Source of the DNA: the human T2T-CHM13v2.0 reference genome, Homo sapiens
DNA: 64,000 nt
Assembly: GCF_009914755.1 (NCBI RefSeq)
Contig: NC_060935.1
Direction: 5' to 3' (one strand)
Shown piece by piece: positions 1 to 15,165 of this stretch (its first letter is position 1; each line of letters opens with the position of its first letter). Under the pieces are notes generated by a model that saw only the letters and a program-made list of their open reading frames with translations, searched no databases and was not told the origin of the DNA. The translations under genes and the position numbers were made by a program.

Positions 1-759
1 GTGGGTCTCTTCATTGCCTCCCCAAGTTCAGGCAGATCATGGCGGTCAGGGCACAGATCTGAGGATTTAGCTTGTTCTAGAGTTTTGCACCAACCCAATG
101 AGACAGTGTTAGTTTATATCTATTTTGCCAGGATATAAGTGAGGACACAGAGCAATGGAGTGACTAGATTGCTGAAGGCCACAGGACTGGGAGTGGCAGA
201 TCCTGGACTCAAACCCAGGCTAGGCTGACTCTAAAACACCATGCTTCTCTGCCAGGACGTTTTCTTCTAAGATGGTTAAGCAGGTAAGGACTGCTTCTAG
301 GGTGCACCTGCAGCCCTTTCCAGAGAGCCTGGCCCTATCCAGAGCCCCTAATGCCTGGCATGTGAACAGTGCCCCATCCCTGCAGGAAGGCACATGAAGC
401 CAGTTGTTGTAATGTGCCCACTGCAATAACATAGGACGCTTCCACCCCAGAAAAATTAACATATTAAGAGGGGACTCTGGGAAATCAAAAGTTTTCAAGG
501 CCCAGAGGTGTGTGCATCTAATGGGATTTCAAACATGGTGGCATCTTTCTCCGTGAGGTTCTTCTTGGGCCTCTTCAAATTGTCCTCTGCCCTGCATCTA
601 GCCAGCCCTAACATCGCCAGCCTACCTTGGGTTAGGTTTTCACCTGAATTCTGATGTCCATTAGCTCTGTGAAATTGGAAAGTCACCTACCCACTCTGAG
701 CCTCAAGAATCAAAGGGGGTAGACTAGAAAGTAACTTGGGCCCAACTCTATCAGATACA

Positions 760-908
760 CCTGCAAGCACATGTCACCATTGCAGGTTCCTGGGCCCCAC
801 TCCAGCCCTAATGGCTGAGCCTCTCTGGAGGCTGGTTGCCTGGAAATCTGCTTTATGAATAGATTCCCCAGGTGATTCTGACAGGCACTAGAGTTGGGGA
901 ATCACTGA
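760..908. mobile_element. MER5-like hAT-Charlie DNA transposon remnant
   Basis: Contains 'gcaggttcctgggccccactccag', 'ggaaatctgcttt' and 'ccccaggtgattctga...tagagttggggaatcactga', typical of MER5. Boundaries approximate. Confidence 0.6.
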
Positions 909-1669
909 CATAGAGATGTCTAAGCTCAGTTTCAGGCTCTGCATATGATAGTAAGGTTGGTGGACATTGCCTGTCTCTCTGTCTGCCTTCCTTCCCGTCA
1001 CTCCACTCAAGCTCCAAAGGCCAAAGAGAAGCAGTGAAGGAGGGCCTGGCATATGGGGAGCTAGGGCTGCCCCAGCAGCTGCAGTAGACCATCAGCTAGT
1101 GAAGGGCTGGAGCCTCAGTCGGCTGAACTCCATTCTGAGACCTCAGGCTGGATCTTTGACTCTAGGGCTGGTTGGGCCTGGCCCCAAATCCAGAAATCCA
1201 TGTAGGCTAGAGCCTGTGTAGGGCTACTGCTTTGGCTCATATTGGTGTCCTGGTCTGTTCCAGATCCCTGCCCTGGGCCACACCTCGGACTCCAAAGGGC
1301 TTGCTGTAGGCCCGGGTCTCCCTCCCACCCCTGGCCTTCCTAAACCAACCAGGTCTTTCTTCAGAGGTGCTTCAAAGTGACCAGCAGAGACAAGGGCCAG
1401 CTATGGGACTGGGAACCAGGTAATGGTGAGAAGCTAACGGTGGGCTTGCCCACCTGTCCCAAATATGGGGAAAACAAGCCAAATCCTAGAACACTGGCTG
1501 GGTTTCTGGAGTCACCTGGAAATAGGCCAGATCCTAGGTAAGACACCAGCAACAAGAGTCAAGTGAAAAGAGCATCTTAGAAAACAGGATTTATAGTGAA
1601 ATCCAATCTTTGCAAATGTGTGTATGTCAATGAGTATGTGTGTGTGGATCTACATCTATATCCATATGG

Positions 1670-2792
1670 ACCCAGTTGGGCTAAACATTGCAAGTTATAG
1701 GGCACAGTCTGCCACAAAACTGCCCTCACTTCAGACAAGTTTGGGGTTCCCTAGGGCTACCTTTGCTCAGACCAATTAGCTACACCCTCAAGAGATTCCC
1801 ATGGGCTCCCCCAGGTTTGATAATTTACTAGAAAGACTCACAGAACTCAGTAAAGTGCTATCATTACAATGATAGTTTTATTATAGCAAAAGGATACAGA
1901 TGGGAAGAGATACTGATGATGAAGTCTGGGAAGGTTTCAAGTAAAAGCTTCCATTGTTCTCGGGGACACGTCGCCCTCCTGGCACACATGGATGGCAGTA
2001 TTCAAAGAGTATTGCCAACCAGGGGACCTCAGCAGAGTTCGGTGTCCAGAGTTTTTATTGAAGTGTCATCCCAGAGGCATGCTGGGTTGAATCACTGGAG
2101 GTGCACTTGAACTCAATCCCCAGTCCCTCTCCCTTTCCCGTGGGGGGCCTGAAAGCTTAAGGAGATGAATAACTCCTCCCTTCTCAGGCCCAGTCCCAAG
2201 GTGCAAGGCTACTTGTGCCAGAAGCGTGCGCCAGCAAAATAGCAGAAGCAGGAAGAGAGCTGGCGGGAAGACACCTACCGTGGCCGGAAGACACGTACCC
2301 CTGAAGATCTAGAAAGAGGCCATCCGGGTACTACGTAGCAGTTACGTCAGACTAGGACACTTCCTGTTACAGGAGACTATAAAACCTTTGCCCCATCCTC
2401 GCTTGGGGCTGACACCATTTTAGACGCTCATTAAAACAGCATGTTGCTCCACACAGCCTCGTGTTGTCTGTTGGCCTGCTCTGGAGGTTTGAACTGATAC
2501 AAGAACCTTGCACCCCAGAGGCTGGGGCTGATAACACGTGGGTCAAAGCCCCCCAACCCTCTCATTATGTGGTTGGTCTTTCCAGCGTGGCCAGCCCCTG
2601 TCCTGAACTATCCTTTTACCATAAACCCTGCAGGGGACCACCGTGAGTCACTTGTTAGCATAAACTATCAGATGTGGTCTGAGGGGCCCACCATGAAGAA
2701 CAAAGACCCTCCTATCACTTGGGAAATTCCGAGGGTTTAGAAGTCACTTCCCAGGGGCTGGGGCAAAGGCCAGGCAGACCCTTTATTACACA
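1670..2792 (-). mobile_element. MER21-family LTR, interrupted by a nested LTR at 2140-2512
   Basis: Has 'ggtttgataatttactagaaagactcacagaactcag' and 'ttttattatagcaaaaggatacaga', and ends 'gggcaaaggccagg...tttattacaca'. These match the reverse complement of MER21 as I recall it. Confidence 0.7.
2140..2512 (+). mobile_element. LTR18-like solo LTR (HERVL18/HERV-S group)
   Basis: Starts 'ggggcctgaaagcttaaggagatgaataactcctcccttctcaggcccagtcccaagg'. TATA box at 2378-2384, ATTAAA at 2430-2435, terminal 'aagaaccttgca'. The family name is from recall. Confidence 0.65.
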
Positions 2793-2878
2793 ATATGTAT
2801 GTAACATAGAAAAATATTCCTCTGGAGATTTCCTGGAGAGAGATCGCATCCCTCCAAATTTTCACTAAGGAGTTTTTG

Positions 2879-3170
2879 GGCCAGGCACGGAAGCTCTCAC
2901 CTATAATCCCAGCACTTTGAGAAGCCGAGACAAGAGGATCCCTTGAGCTCAGGGGTTTGAGACCAGTCTGGGCAACATAGGGAGACCCCTATCTCTACAA
3001 GAAAAAAATTTTTTAAGTTAGCCAGGTGTGGTGGCTCATGCCTGTAGCCCCAGCTGCTCAGGAGGCTGAGGTGGGAGGATCGTTTGAACCCAGGAGATTG
3101 AGGCTGCAGTGAACTGTGATTGTACCACTGGGTGACAAAGCAAGATGCTGTCTCATAAATAAATAAATAA
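2879..3170 (+). mobile_element. Alu SINE (old, AluJ-like) with (TAAA)n tail
   Basis: Dimeric Alu structure, CpG-depleted, with a small deletion in the right arm. Confidence 0.92.
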
Positions 3171-4399
3171 AGGAATCTTCCTGCCTTCTGCTGGATCTAC
3201 TGTGGTTTCACAGAGTAAGCAGATTCGGATCTGAGGCCAGTCCCCATCTCCATCCACACTCGGGGCTTCCCCAGGGTCTAAGACCCTAAAGATCTGCTTC
3301 CTGAGGATAGACTTCTAGTTCAAGCTCAAAAAAATACCCTCCTGAGGACTCCTGTTTTTCCATTTTTCATCCTTGATGAAGTGGTTGGTGCTGGGCACAC
3401 TTTCTATTATCAATAAATATAGAATCCTTTGAGACCTAGGCCTTAGGTCAGTTTTTCCTACCAGGTAAAACCTTGAGCCTCAGGGTTTTGGCAGGTGATA
3501 ACTGCCTGGAAAAGCGGCCCACTGGATGCTGTGACATTCTGATCACCACTGCGTAAGAACATCTTAAGAAGCAGCTGGCTCTGCGGGACCCCACATGGCA
3601 ATCCTTGGCCAGCCTCCCCCTGACCACCCCCCAGACTGGCCTCCCAGTGCCAGGGCCCGGCCTCCACTGGAGGGCAGTGGCATCTGGTTCTGCTTTGCTT
3701 GGGAAAACAGCTCTGCTTACAAATATTTGGCCTGTGGAGCTTCTTTCCCCACTCGGCCTCAGCTTGTGCCTGAAAATGAAGTGTTTCTGTAAGGGACCCA
3801 GAGACAAGGCTGGAGGCCGGGCAAAGGGGAAGCCTCTGTCTAACTCAGCATTTTCCCTAATGGAGACTGCATCCCCAGCCCAGCGGGGTGGAGAGGGGTC
3901 TGGAGCCTGGAGGTGGGTGGTGTTTCTGGATAGGAGGGCTGAGCTGGCTGCGGCCCACTGACTGCCAGCCACACTGAGACCCAGCACCAGCCCCAGTGGC
4001 ACCACACAAGAGGGCCTCCAACTCTCTTCTGCCAACACAGGTCCTCCCCGCTCCCTCCCTCCCTCCCTCCTGGCTCTGGCAGCCATCTTGGCCCTCGATG
4101 CAGCCTTTGGGCCTGGAAAGCAGACGACCTGGGAGGAAGGATCTGGCAGGATGAGGCCAGCAGAGCTCTCCCAGAGAGGAGAGCCAGGTGGAACTAGGCA
4201 GAGGGGCTCTAAGCCAGGCATCTCCCCCTGAGAGCTCACAGACAAGAGGCAAAGCCACTCAAAGTTGCCAAGAGCCATGATTCATTCACTTGTCAATTAC
4301 TAAGTTCCTACTCAGTGCCAGCTCTGAGCTAAAACCTGGGATACCATGGTGAGCAAAAGGGAACACCCTTTGTCCAGAACACCCAGCCCTCAGCTCTTC

Positions 4400-4695
4400 C
4401 CAGCATGACTCCTTCCTAACATCTAGGTATAACTCTAATTTCCGCTCATTAGGGAGGATTCCCCTGACCACTTGTCTTAAGTCACACCTCCTTATCCCCC
4501 ACTTTCTATCCGTTTATTTTATCTTTATTGATAGCATTTCTAACAACTTGAAATTCTTATCTATTTGTCTGTTTGTTTGTTTGTTAGTTCCCTAGCATGT
4601 AAATTCCAGGAAGGCAAGAACCTGTCTTATTTATCATTGTATTTCCAGCATATAATAAGGATCAGATAAAGTTTTGTTAAATGAATGAATGAATA
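4400..4695 (+). mobile_element. L2 LINE 3' end fragment
   Basis: Has 'ggaaggcaagaacctgtcttatttatcattgtatttccagca' and ends in the L2 tail 'aatgaatgaatgaat'. Confidence 0.6.
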
Positions 4696-5344
4696 TTATT
4701 ACTGTTAATACAAAATGTATTTAGAAATGCCCCAAATGTCACCTGTGCAGCCATGTTTGATTTCCCAGAGCATGAGGTCTACTGGCCAGTTAAACTGATT
4801 TCCAGCCAGTGTGTCCAGGGCCTCTGAGGGGAGCTATAGGGTTTTTCTGAGAGAATGGTTGGGCCCTGTTGCCTTAGTGGCCTGGAAACCCTGCTCAGGA
4901 ACAGTCTGGCACAGGAGAGGAGCCTCCACCCCCTATCATGTGGCTGACAGGCCAGAGAGCAAGAGGTCAGGGCCAAAAACTAAAAACCATTTTCAAAAGA
5001 GGGAGAAAATTCAACCATTGACTGCAATGTAATGAAATGAGAGATCCACCTAGCAAAAAGTTGCATTTTAAAACCAGAGGTCCTCCAAGGCCTTGGCATA
5101 CCAATCCAGCATGTGCTCGCTGCCCTGTAACTCATCTCCTCACTCTGTACTTGGAGCTCTGACCTGGGGGTTCAATATTCTTCGGCTGCGTGGAAAGCTG
5201 GGAGTCCCTGGCCTCCAGGGGTGGCCGAATCAAAGGAGATGAAGAAAGAGGAGAGAAATCCTGCATTTAATCTGGGCTTGGGATTCGGAAGCTATTCTGG
5301 AGCTTTGAATAAAGAGCAGGTTTCTACAGAGCTAACCCATTTTA

Positions 5345-5596
5345 TTATAGTGGTTCTGAGCAATGGACTCTGGAGCCATCGGGTTCAAATCTTGTTTCTA
5401 CCAACTAAAAGCAACGTGACCTTGGGCAAGCCGCTCTACTGTTCTGTGCCTTAGTTTCTTCACCTGTAAAATGGGGATAATAGTGGTACCTACCTTGAAA
5501 ATTGTCTTGAGTATTGAGCGAGACAGTGTCTGTGAAGTAATCAGGACAGTGCCCAGCACACAGCTAGTGCCGATTCAATGTTTGCCTTTATTACTA
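5345..5596 (+). mobile_element. MIR SINE
   Basis: MIR core 'gtgaccttgggcaag...ctgtgccttagtttcttcacctgtaaaatggggataata'. Confidence 0.85.
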
Positions 5597-5899
5597 TCCT
5601 TCATCCACACTGATTGATTTCCCGTAATACTGCATCAGAGAGTAAATCATGATAATATTACATCTCAAGGAACTGAAGATTTATTTTACCTCATTGCCAA
5701 TTGAAAAGGCAATGCTTCTAGATTCTTGTGGATTAAGCTGAAAGTTTTGAGTTCTAACATAGATTACAAGAAAGACAACATATTTGGCAGGAGAGGCCAG
5801 CCAGAGCTCAGGCCTCACTCTGGGCCTTCAACCTCTCCCATTCCAGTCTTTCCTGGAGAATAATCTTTCTGAAACATGGATCTTGAAGGCTGGAAAGAC

Positions 5900-7430
<1,531 letters not shown>

Positions 7431-7472
7431 AGAATACATTTCTGTTCTCTTTGGACTCTTACATAAGTGTGA

Positions 7473-7909
7473 TATAGTGGATGCTGTGGTGTGTCACCCA
7501 GATCTCCTTCAGCTGAGAAGAGAGTTGATAGCTGAGAGCTCACAGCTGGTACCATCCCCGCCTCAACCACCCCAGAAATTGCCCTTGGCTGAAAAAAAAA
7601 CATGTTGCCCAAGGTCATGCCTACTTCCTAGGATAGGACCCATCCAATGACTGGTTGATGCAGGGGTATAAAGACCCAACTGCCTTGCCCCAATTTGGGG
7701 TAATGCTCTAGGGCTATTCCAACTCCAGGGCTCCCTGTGGGCTGGGCTGAGGCTTCTGTCAAGTCTGCATTGCAGCCCAGCTTCTCCCAGCATGCTTCCT
7801 CCACCCCATCAAAGATGCTCATGCTGATGTTGACAGCCCCCTCCAATAAACCTCCTGCAAGCCAATCTCTGTCTCAGAGTCTGATTCCCAGAAAACCTGA
7901 TAGATGACA
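7473..7909 (+). mobile_element. LTR16-family 5' LTR (ERV-L class)
   Basis: Starts 'tatagtggatgctgtggtgtgtcacccagatc'. Has TATA 'gggtataaag', polyA 'caataaacctcctgca' and end 'tctcagagtctgattcccagaaaacctga...gaca'. Confidence 0.75.
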
Positions 7910-10830
7910 CTTAGTGCCACAAGTGACCCAAGAAGCAGACTTTATAGTGGGGTTTTGGAGCTGGATTAGCCTCTACTTGACTGGCAACGAAGGTCCCATT
8001 ATTGTTGGTATGTGGAACACTGGTCATTGCTGGGTACTGTAGCCATAATGCTATTAATCTTTGGTTAGTGGTAAACTAAAATGGCTTCTGAGTAGAAGGA
8101 AAAGGATGGCTAGGGCAATGTATCAGGGCTTTAGCAGTATGGGGAGTAGTCATTCTAAGGACAGTGGAATTGAATGACTGTTGCTAGGGGTAATAGATGC
8201 TTTGGACACAGATAAGGAAAGACTAATTGTAAAAGCCAGAGGGCCTGTTTTCGCAGCTCATAAAGAGACTCTAATCTCCTGAGGTCAGGAGACATAAAAA
8301 GCTGAGGCTCAACTCCATGATGTTTACAGAGTAGAAAAGTTGAAGAGCTCTTAAGAGTAGAGAGTTCCAGAAAAGGAATTTTCTGTGAAAGGTCAGACCT
8401 TTGATTACATAGTGGTAGGACCCTGAGATATGAGATGGGGATCTCTGGATTGATACACTTGAAAATTTTCAGTTCCCAGATTACCTTGATGTTTCTGGCC
8501 TGAAGAAGTAGCCATTGCTTGGAGGCAATGCACAGACTTCTGCCGTACAAGGCAATATATGCCTTCCTTAAGATGAGTCCCTATTTCTCCTCCTGGCCAT
8601 CAGGCCAATATCTAGGGTGAATTCACAGCATAACTCAGGCAAGGATGTGATGGGCTTGCTAAGGGAGGAAAGGGACTACACTCTGAAAGAGCATATAGCT
8701 AACCAGAATTGGTTAAGAGGAAATGGTGGCCCTAGAAGCCAGACAGATGAGCAAACAACAAAGTATTTATTAGACTGTAAAATTAATGGAAATTAAGAAT
8801 GAATGATTAGGAGTCTGAGAGCAGCCATCCCAATAAAAAGTCATGTTTTCTTGACCAATTTCTGACCCTGAGCCAGTTTTTCAGACCTATAACCCACTGG
8901 CTAAAGAAGAGGCTGGGACTCCATGAGAAAGGCACCTGCAACACTATGGCAGGTGTACATGATAAGAATTTCCCTAGCCCTGGTGAATGTGTAGCTGTCA
9001 GGAACAGTTTACATTTACTTGGAAGGAGCAACAGTGTACCTTTACTGTCTTGCCTCCACATCTATGTTAATTCTTCCACCTTCTGTCATAATATAGTCTG
9101 AAGACAGTGGGCCATCTGGACATCCTGTAGAACACTGGATCAGTCTACTGTGTTGGTGACATCATGTTAATCAGGCCAGAGGAGCAAAAAGTAGCAAATA
9201 CATCAGAAGCCTTGGATCAACATATGCTCCAGAGGGTGGAAGATAATCCTAGGAAATTCAGGTGCCACATTAGTGGTGTTTTAGGGTCTAGTCTGGTCCT
9301 GGTTTAGGGCATCCAGGATATTTCTTCTAATGTAAAAGACAGATTATTGCCTCTCAACTTCTCACCACTAAGACTGAAGTACAATGACTAGTAGGCCTCT
9401 TCAGGCGCTAGAGGCAGACTATTTCATGTACATTCCAATTTATATGTCAGGTGAAATGAAAAGCTGCCAGCTTTGAGTGGGAGCCAGCAGGAAAGCAGTG
9501 TACAGCAGATCCAGGCCATAATGCAAGAAGCCCTGCTGCTTGGGCCATACAACCCAATAGACCCTATGGTATTGGAGCTCTCCATGGTGGGAAAAAAATG
9601 CTGTGTAGATGTTATGGTAAACTTCAAAAGGAGAATCTCAATGTAGACCTCTGAAGTTCTGGAGCAAGCTCATACCATCTGCAGTGGAAAATTATACACA
9701 TTTCAAAAATAACTCCTGGAATGGTACTGTGCCCTGATAGAGATGGGGTACTTGACTATGGGACATCATGTGCCAGAACTGCTCATCATTAGCTGAGATC
9801 AGTCACTATTGCAGAGCCAACAGATTGGGTGGGCCCAGTATGGCCAGAAAGCAGAAATAAACTGCATAAACAAATCACACAGCTCCCCACATCATTGGCC
9901 ACTGTTTCACTGGCATCTTCCTTTGGCTCTCATCTATGTCTATATGGAGGGTCCCTTGTACCCAACTGACAGAGGAGCAAAAAAATTCACCCATGGGTTA
10001 GCTTGACTTGTGAGTGCAAGCTACAAATGGCCCATTACTGAATATGACCCCACTCAGGGCTAGTACTGAAAAACAGTGGTGAGGGAGATTCTCCCAGGGG
10101 CAGAGCTGTGAGCACTGACCTGATCATCCATCTAGTGCAGAAAGAGAAGTGGCCCAAAGTTAGAATGTATATGGACTCATGGGCAGTGGCAAGTGGCTTG
10201 ACTGGTTGTCTAGGAGCCTAGAAGGAGAACATTTGGAAGATTAGGAGCAAGAAGTTCTTGGGGAGGAAACACGTGGATGGATTTAAAAGAATGGGTATAA
10301 AGCCTGAAAATCTTCCTGTTGACCCAGTGACCATCAGAGAGCATCTCCCTCAGAAGAGGCACTAGACAATGATGCAGACAGAATAACTCAGGCAGATGAT
10401 GTCAGCCAACCCGTTATCAGTCACTCAAGGGCCTGCATAATTAGCATCTGAATGGAGTGGCCACAGTGGCAGAGATGGAGGCCTTACATAGGAGAGATCC
10501 CATCATCAAGACTGATCTAGCTATTGCTAAATATCCAACTTGCCAGCAATGTGATCCATGCTAAGCCCTTGATATGGCCTCTTCCCTCAAGGAGCCCAAA
10601 TAGCTACTCAGTGGCAAGTGATGACACTGGCTTCCTTCCACCCCGGAATGAACAGACTTTTATCTCCACTGGAATTGACACATATTCGAGGTATGAGTTT
10701 ACCCTTTCTGCCCACAGGGCTTCAGCCAATACCACCCAAGGTCTACAGTGTGTTCATCCATCCACATAGGAGCCTGCATAACATTGCATAGGACCAAGGG
10801 ACTCACTTTAGAGAAAGGAGGTGCAACTCC
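7910..10830 (+). mobile_element. Heavily decayed ERV-L internal region (HERV16/ERV3-16A3-like): gag, RT, RNase H, partial integrase
   Basis: PBS-like 'cttagtgccacaagtgacccaagaagcag' follows the LTR. RT and tether remnants (e.g. QEALLLGPYNPIDPMVLE near 9525) parallel the HERV-L pol at 62-64 kb. Integrase motifs 'ggaattgacacatattc' (GIDTYS) and 'gaccaagggactcacttt' (DQGTHF) are present. Many stop codons. Confidence 0.75.
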
Positions 10831-11252
10831 CTTCCTTCATCTTCAAAGTGGATCACTCCAACTCAAAAAGAAAATAATCACACATAAAACATTTTGAAGA
10901 AAACACACAAAATAAAATACCTTGGCATGGCAAGTCAGGAACTTCATAAGATTTCTTCATATAACTTCATAAAATCTCATCTCCAGCTACTGTCCTCTCC
11001 TCTTCTGCTATTCTCGATGTATTTTGTGTTTTGGCTACCATTTTGTTTAAACCCATATGTATTCACCAAAATCTGCCTAGTCCTTTTGCTAATCATATAC
11101 TTTTTGGTATCTATCACTAGATAATGAGCCTTTTGACAGCAGGGCCAGTTATTCTCAAATTTGACATAAATGCAGAACAGTTTTCTTGCAAATAAACCTG
11201 AGTTCAAATCATGAACATTCATGTAGTTATATGATGTTAAGCAGGTAATTTA

Positions 11253-11645
<393 letters not shown>

Positions 11646-11799
11646 CTAAATTGTATCATTAATTTTATAATTTTTATTATTGCTTTTCTTAATTTTGTAT
11701 TCATTCCCTGCCATCACGGTACTGAATTCAGCACTCTGCTCAGACACACAATAAATATTTGTTGACTAAAATAAAAAACAAAACCACAAAGTGCATCAC

Positions 11800-12042
11800 T
11801 CCAACCATTTCTTCCATTGTCACATTTCCTCTCTGACTTGGACTTTCTTGGCTTCTCTCATAAGGATCCTTGTGATTACACTGGGCCTATCCAGATAATC
11901 GCAGATAATCTCTTATCTCAAAATCCTTAACTTAATCACATCTTCACATTTCCTTTTGCCATGTAAGGCAACATATTCTCAGGTTCCAGGGGATTAAGAT
12001 GTGACCATCTCTGGAGGAGGGGGCACTTTTCTGTCTGCCACA
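11800..12042 (-). mobile_element. MLT1 (MaLR) LTR fragment
   Basis: 'ccttgtgattacactgggcc...ccagataatc...aaatccttaacttaatcacatct...gccatgtaaggcaacatattc'. Confidence 0.7.
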
Positions 12043-12619
12043 GGTGGTAACCCCCCGCAGCCACAGCGATCATGGCAGCTGAGCACAAAGCCCTCCCTGT
12101 GGCTCTTTCACACATTAACATTGGAAATCTAGTGAGCTGGTCAGCCTGATCTTGGCTATGACAGAAGGCAGAGCAAAGGCATGCCTGATGTAGAGCTGTA
12201 GAAGGGCTAATGGCTTGGCAAGAGCTGAGGGGTGGTGATGCTGGGAAGGGAGACCAGCCCAGGGTCTCTGCACAGGGGGTGATGGAGCATGGTCAATACA
12301 GAGGCTGGCGAGACAGTGGTGGTGTTGGTCAGACAGCACCAATAGGTAGCCTTCCAGGACAAGTTCAGAAATGGACCCCACCCACCTTGCCAGAACACTT
12401 AGCAGAGCACAGAGGAAACCACTGCTTCTGAGAGCCAGCCCTGCAGCTAGAGGTCATCTCTCAGGGTCTCACTCCTCAGCTGGAAAATGCAGGTGATGAG
12501 AAGGGTGTCTCCCTCATAGAGTTACCGTGAGCATCCATGAATGATGGGTGAAAAGGGCATCACATGGTGCCAGGCATATGGTAGGTGCTCAGGGAGTGCT
12601 GGCCATTGACGCAGAGGTG

Positions 12620-13045
12620 GCCATCTGTGCACCAAAAGTGTATGCTCCCCAGCTGAGTCGTTGCTGGAAAACAGCAGCCCAGCCAGGGACTATGTTTCCT
12701 GGCCCCCTTGCCTCTGTGTGTGGTCATGTGACTGGTTCTGGGTCCAGTAGAATGTGAGCAGAGTAATAAGCCATTTCCAGGCTGGGCCTGTTCGATACCT
12801 GCTGTGGTCCTCCACATCCTCTCTCTTCTCCTAGCTGCCAGCTGAATGCTGATGCCCAGGAGGACTGTTGAAGCTAGAGGGTAAAGACGGCAGAGCCTCC
12901 GTCAGCCTAGGACCTGAGTACATCTCCCTGGTATTCCACTGCCGTTCAGACTTCGTGTGAATGAGAAATAAAATTCTATTGTGTTTAGCCACTAAGATCT
13001 TGGGATTTCCTCTATCCATAACATCAACTAACTTTACCTTAACTG
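12620..13045 (+). mobile_element. MLT1 (MaLR) LTR, old subfamily
   Basis: 'gtggtcatgtgactggttctgg...agaatgtgagcagag' and 'tgagaaataaaattctattgtgtttagccactaagat'. Confidence 0.65.
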
Positions 13046-13502
13046 ATAGGATTGTCAATAATTCTTAGCTATCTGATAATTTGAGAGTCTGGCCCAAGAA
13101 ATAAAACTGGCTTGAGTCTCAGAGAAGAGGCTTGGGAAATCTAAAAATGGAAGAATGGGGCATTGCATCGATTATAACCCTGAGGTCTCAAGGCTGACCC
13201 TTGTTGGGACAGTGTGAGGTGTACAGGCTAAATGTTGCAACTAGGATCAAAGGACCGTTAATAACAACTACAAATCATTAAGCACTTCCTGTGTGCTGAT
13301 GCCTTCTTTGCTTTACCTCACTGAACCTTAAGAAACAGGTACCAAGTTTATTCTATTTACCAAGGAGGAGCTACTGTAAAAACCTCCCAGAGAGATTCCA
13401 AGTTTGGTTAAAGTTGCACAGCTGCAGAGCAGGGGAGCTGAGATTCAAGTCCAGGGTGCCTGATGCCAAGCTGCGCTCTCAACCTTTGCACAGATTCCCT
13501 CC

Positions 13503-13564
13503 ATTGTAGGCTGCTGGGAGCTACAAGGATTGCAGGCTGCTGGGAGCTACAAGGATTGCAGGCT
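13503..13564. repeat. Tandem duplication of a 26-bp unit
   Basis: ctgctgggagctacaaggattgcagg occurs identically at 13511-13536 and 13537-13562. Confidence 0.9.
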
Positions 13565-14039
13565 CATAAGCAAATTTTATGTTCAGCAATGACAAATTAC
13601 CCAGGATTTGGCTAAAACCATCACATTCAGAGGCTCTAGAATCAGATTTGCGTAATAAGCAGAGGAGGTCCTCAGGAGAAGGGCCTAATTTATAATTCTG
13701 GGGCCAAGAAGTCTGCAAGCTTTGAGTTTGAAGACATATAAAGAGAGGTGATCTGCCTGCCTTTCCCTTCCCAATTCCTTCATCTGGCCAACATCACTAA
13801 TGCTTCTGGCATTTTTATTCTTGGCTATTTACAAAACAACAAAGTTGAGTTATTACATTTTAGATTTTGACAATTATGGGTTCACAGTTAAATAATCTTA
13901 TAGCTATTAAGACAAGGGTGAACTCTCACTACAACTGTCAATGTCTTTGGGTCCCAGATCCCCTAGGGCCCATCTGGAAGAGTCCATATTTCTTAAGCAA
14001 GCACCCAGAAGGTTGCATATTAATATCTGCCTCCATTAT

Positions 14040-14490
14040 GTCTTGTCACAATAATACTGAGTAACAACCACAAAGACTCAGAGGCACACAACAATAAACA
14101 TAGATTTGGCTCAAGAGTCTATGGAGTTTCATTGGTGTGGGCTGGGCTCAACTGACCTTGGCTGGACTGGCTCATGCATCTGCTGTCAGCCGTGGGTGGT
14201 CTGGAAAGTTCTGCTGATCTTGGCTGGGCTTATGCCCATGTCTGGAGTCGGCCAACTCTTGGCTGATCTAGGATGCCCTCGTCTGAGATGACTGGCTGAC
14301 TCAACTTTGCTGCACAAGTCTCATCCTCCAACAGGATAGCCCGGGCATATTCCCATGGCAGGTACAAAGGCTCCAGAGAGAAGTGGGAAATGTACAGAAG
14401 CTTTTTAAAACACGTGCTTGTATCACATCTGCTAACATCCCACTAGTCAAAGCAGGCCACATGTCTGAGTTGCAGAGGAAGGACACTAAA
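14040..14490 (-). mobile_element. MLT1 (MaLR) LTR, old subfamily
   Basis: 'gtaacaaccacaaagactcagagg...tgggctgggctcaactg...ctctcatcctccaacaggatagcc...tcacatctgctaacatcccact'. Confidence 0.6.
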
Positions 14491-14826
14491 ACGTTACATA
14501 ACAGATGGCAAGAATACAAAGAGGAGTAGATAACAAGGAGGGGGACATTGACACCGTTGATCTGCCATAATACTTACCATTTGCTGTGTATTTACTGAGA
14601 GCCAGAGACAGGGTGATACCCATGAGTATTGAAGATGATGTATGTAAAGGATCTGGCCCTTTAGAGCCAGATTCAGAGCCTCAAAGAGGTAAAGTAACTT
14701 TACAAAGGTCACACAGCTAGTAAACAGCAGAACTGAGATTAGAATTACATGCTTGTGGACTCCCGTAGGTGATTTTTCTATACTAGCACATGGCTTGGTT
14801 ATTAATATTTTTATTACTAATTTTGA

Positions 14827-15165
<339 letters not shown>

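Noticed and set aside
3448-4278. 276-aa minus-strand ORF
   Set aside because: No recognisable domain, a non-ATG start, and GC-rich composition with overlapping ORFs in several frames. Consistent with chance.
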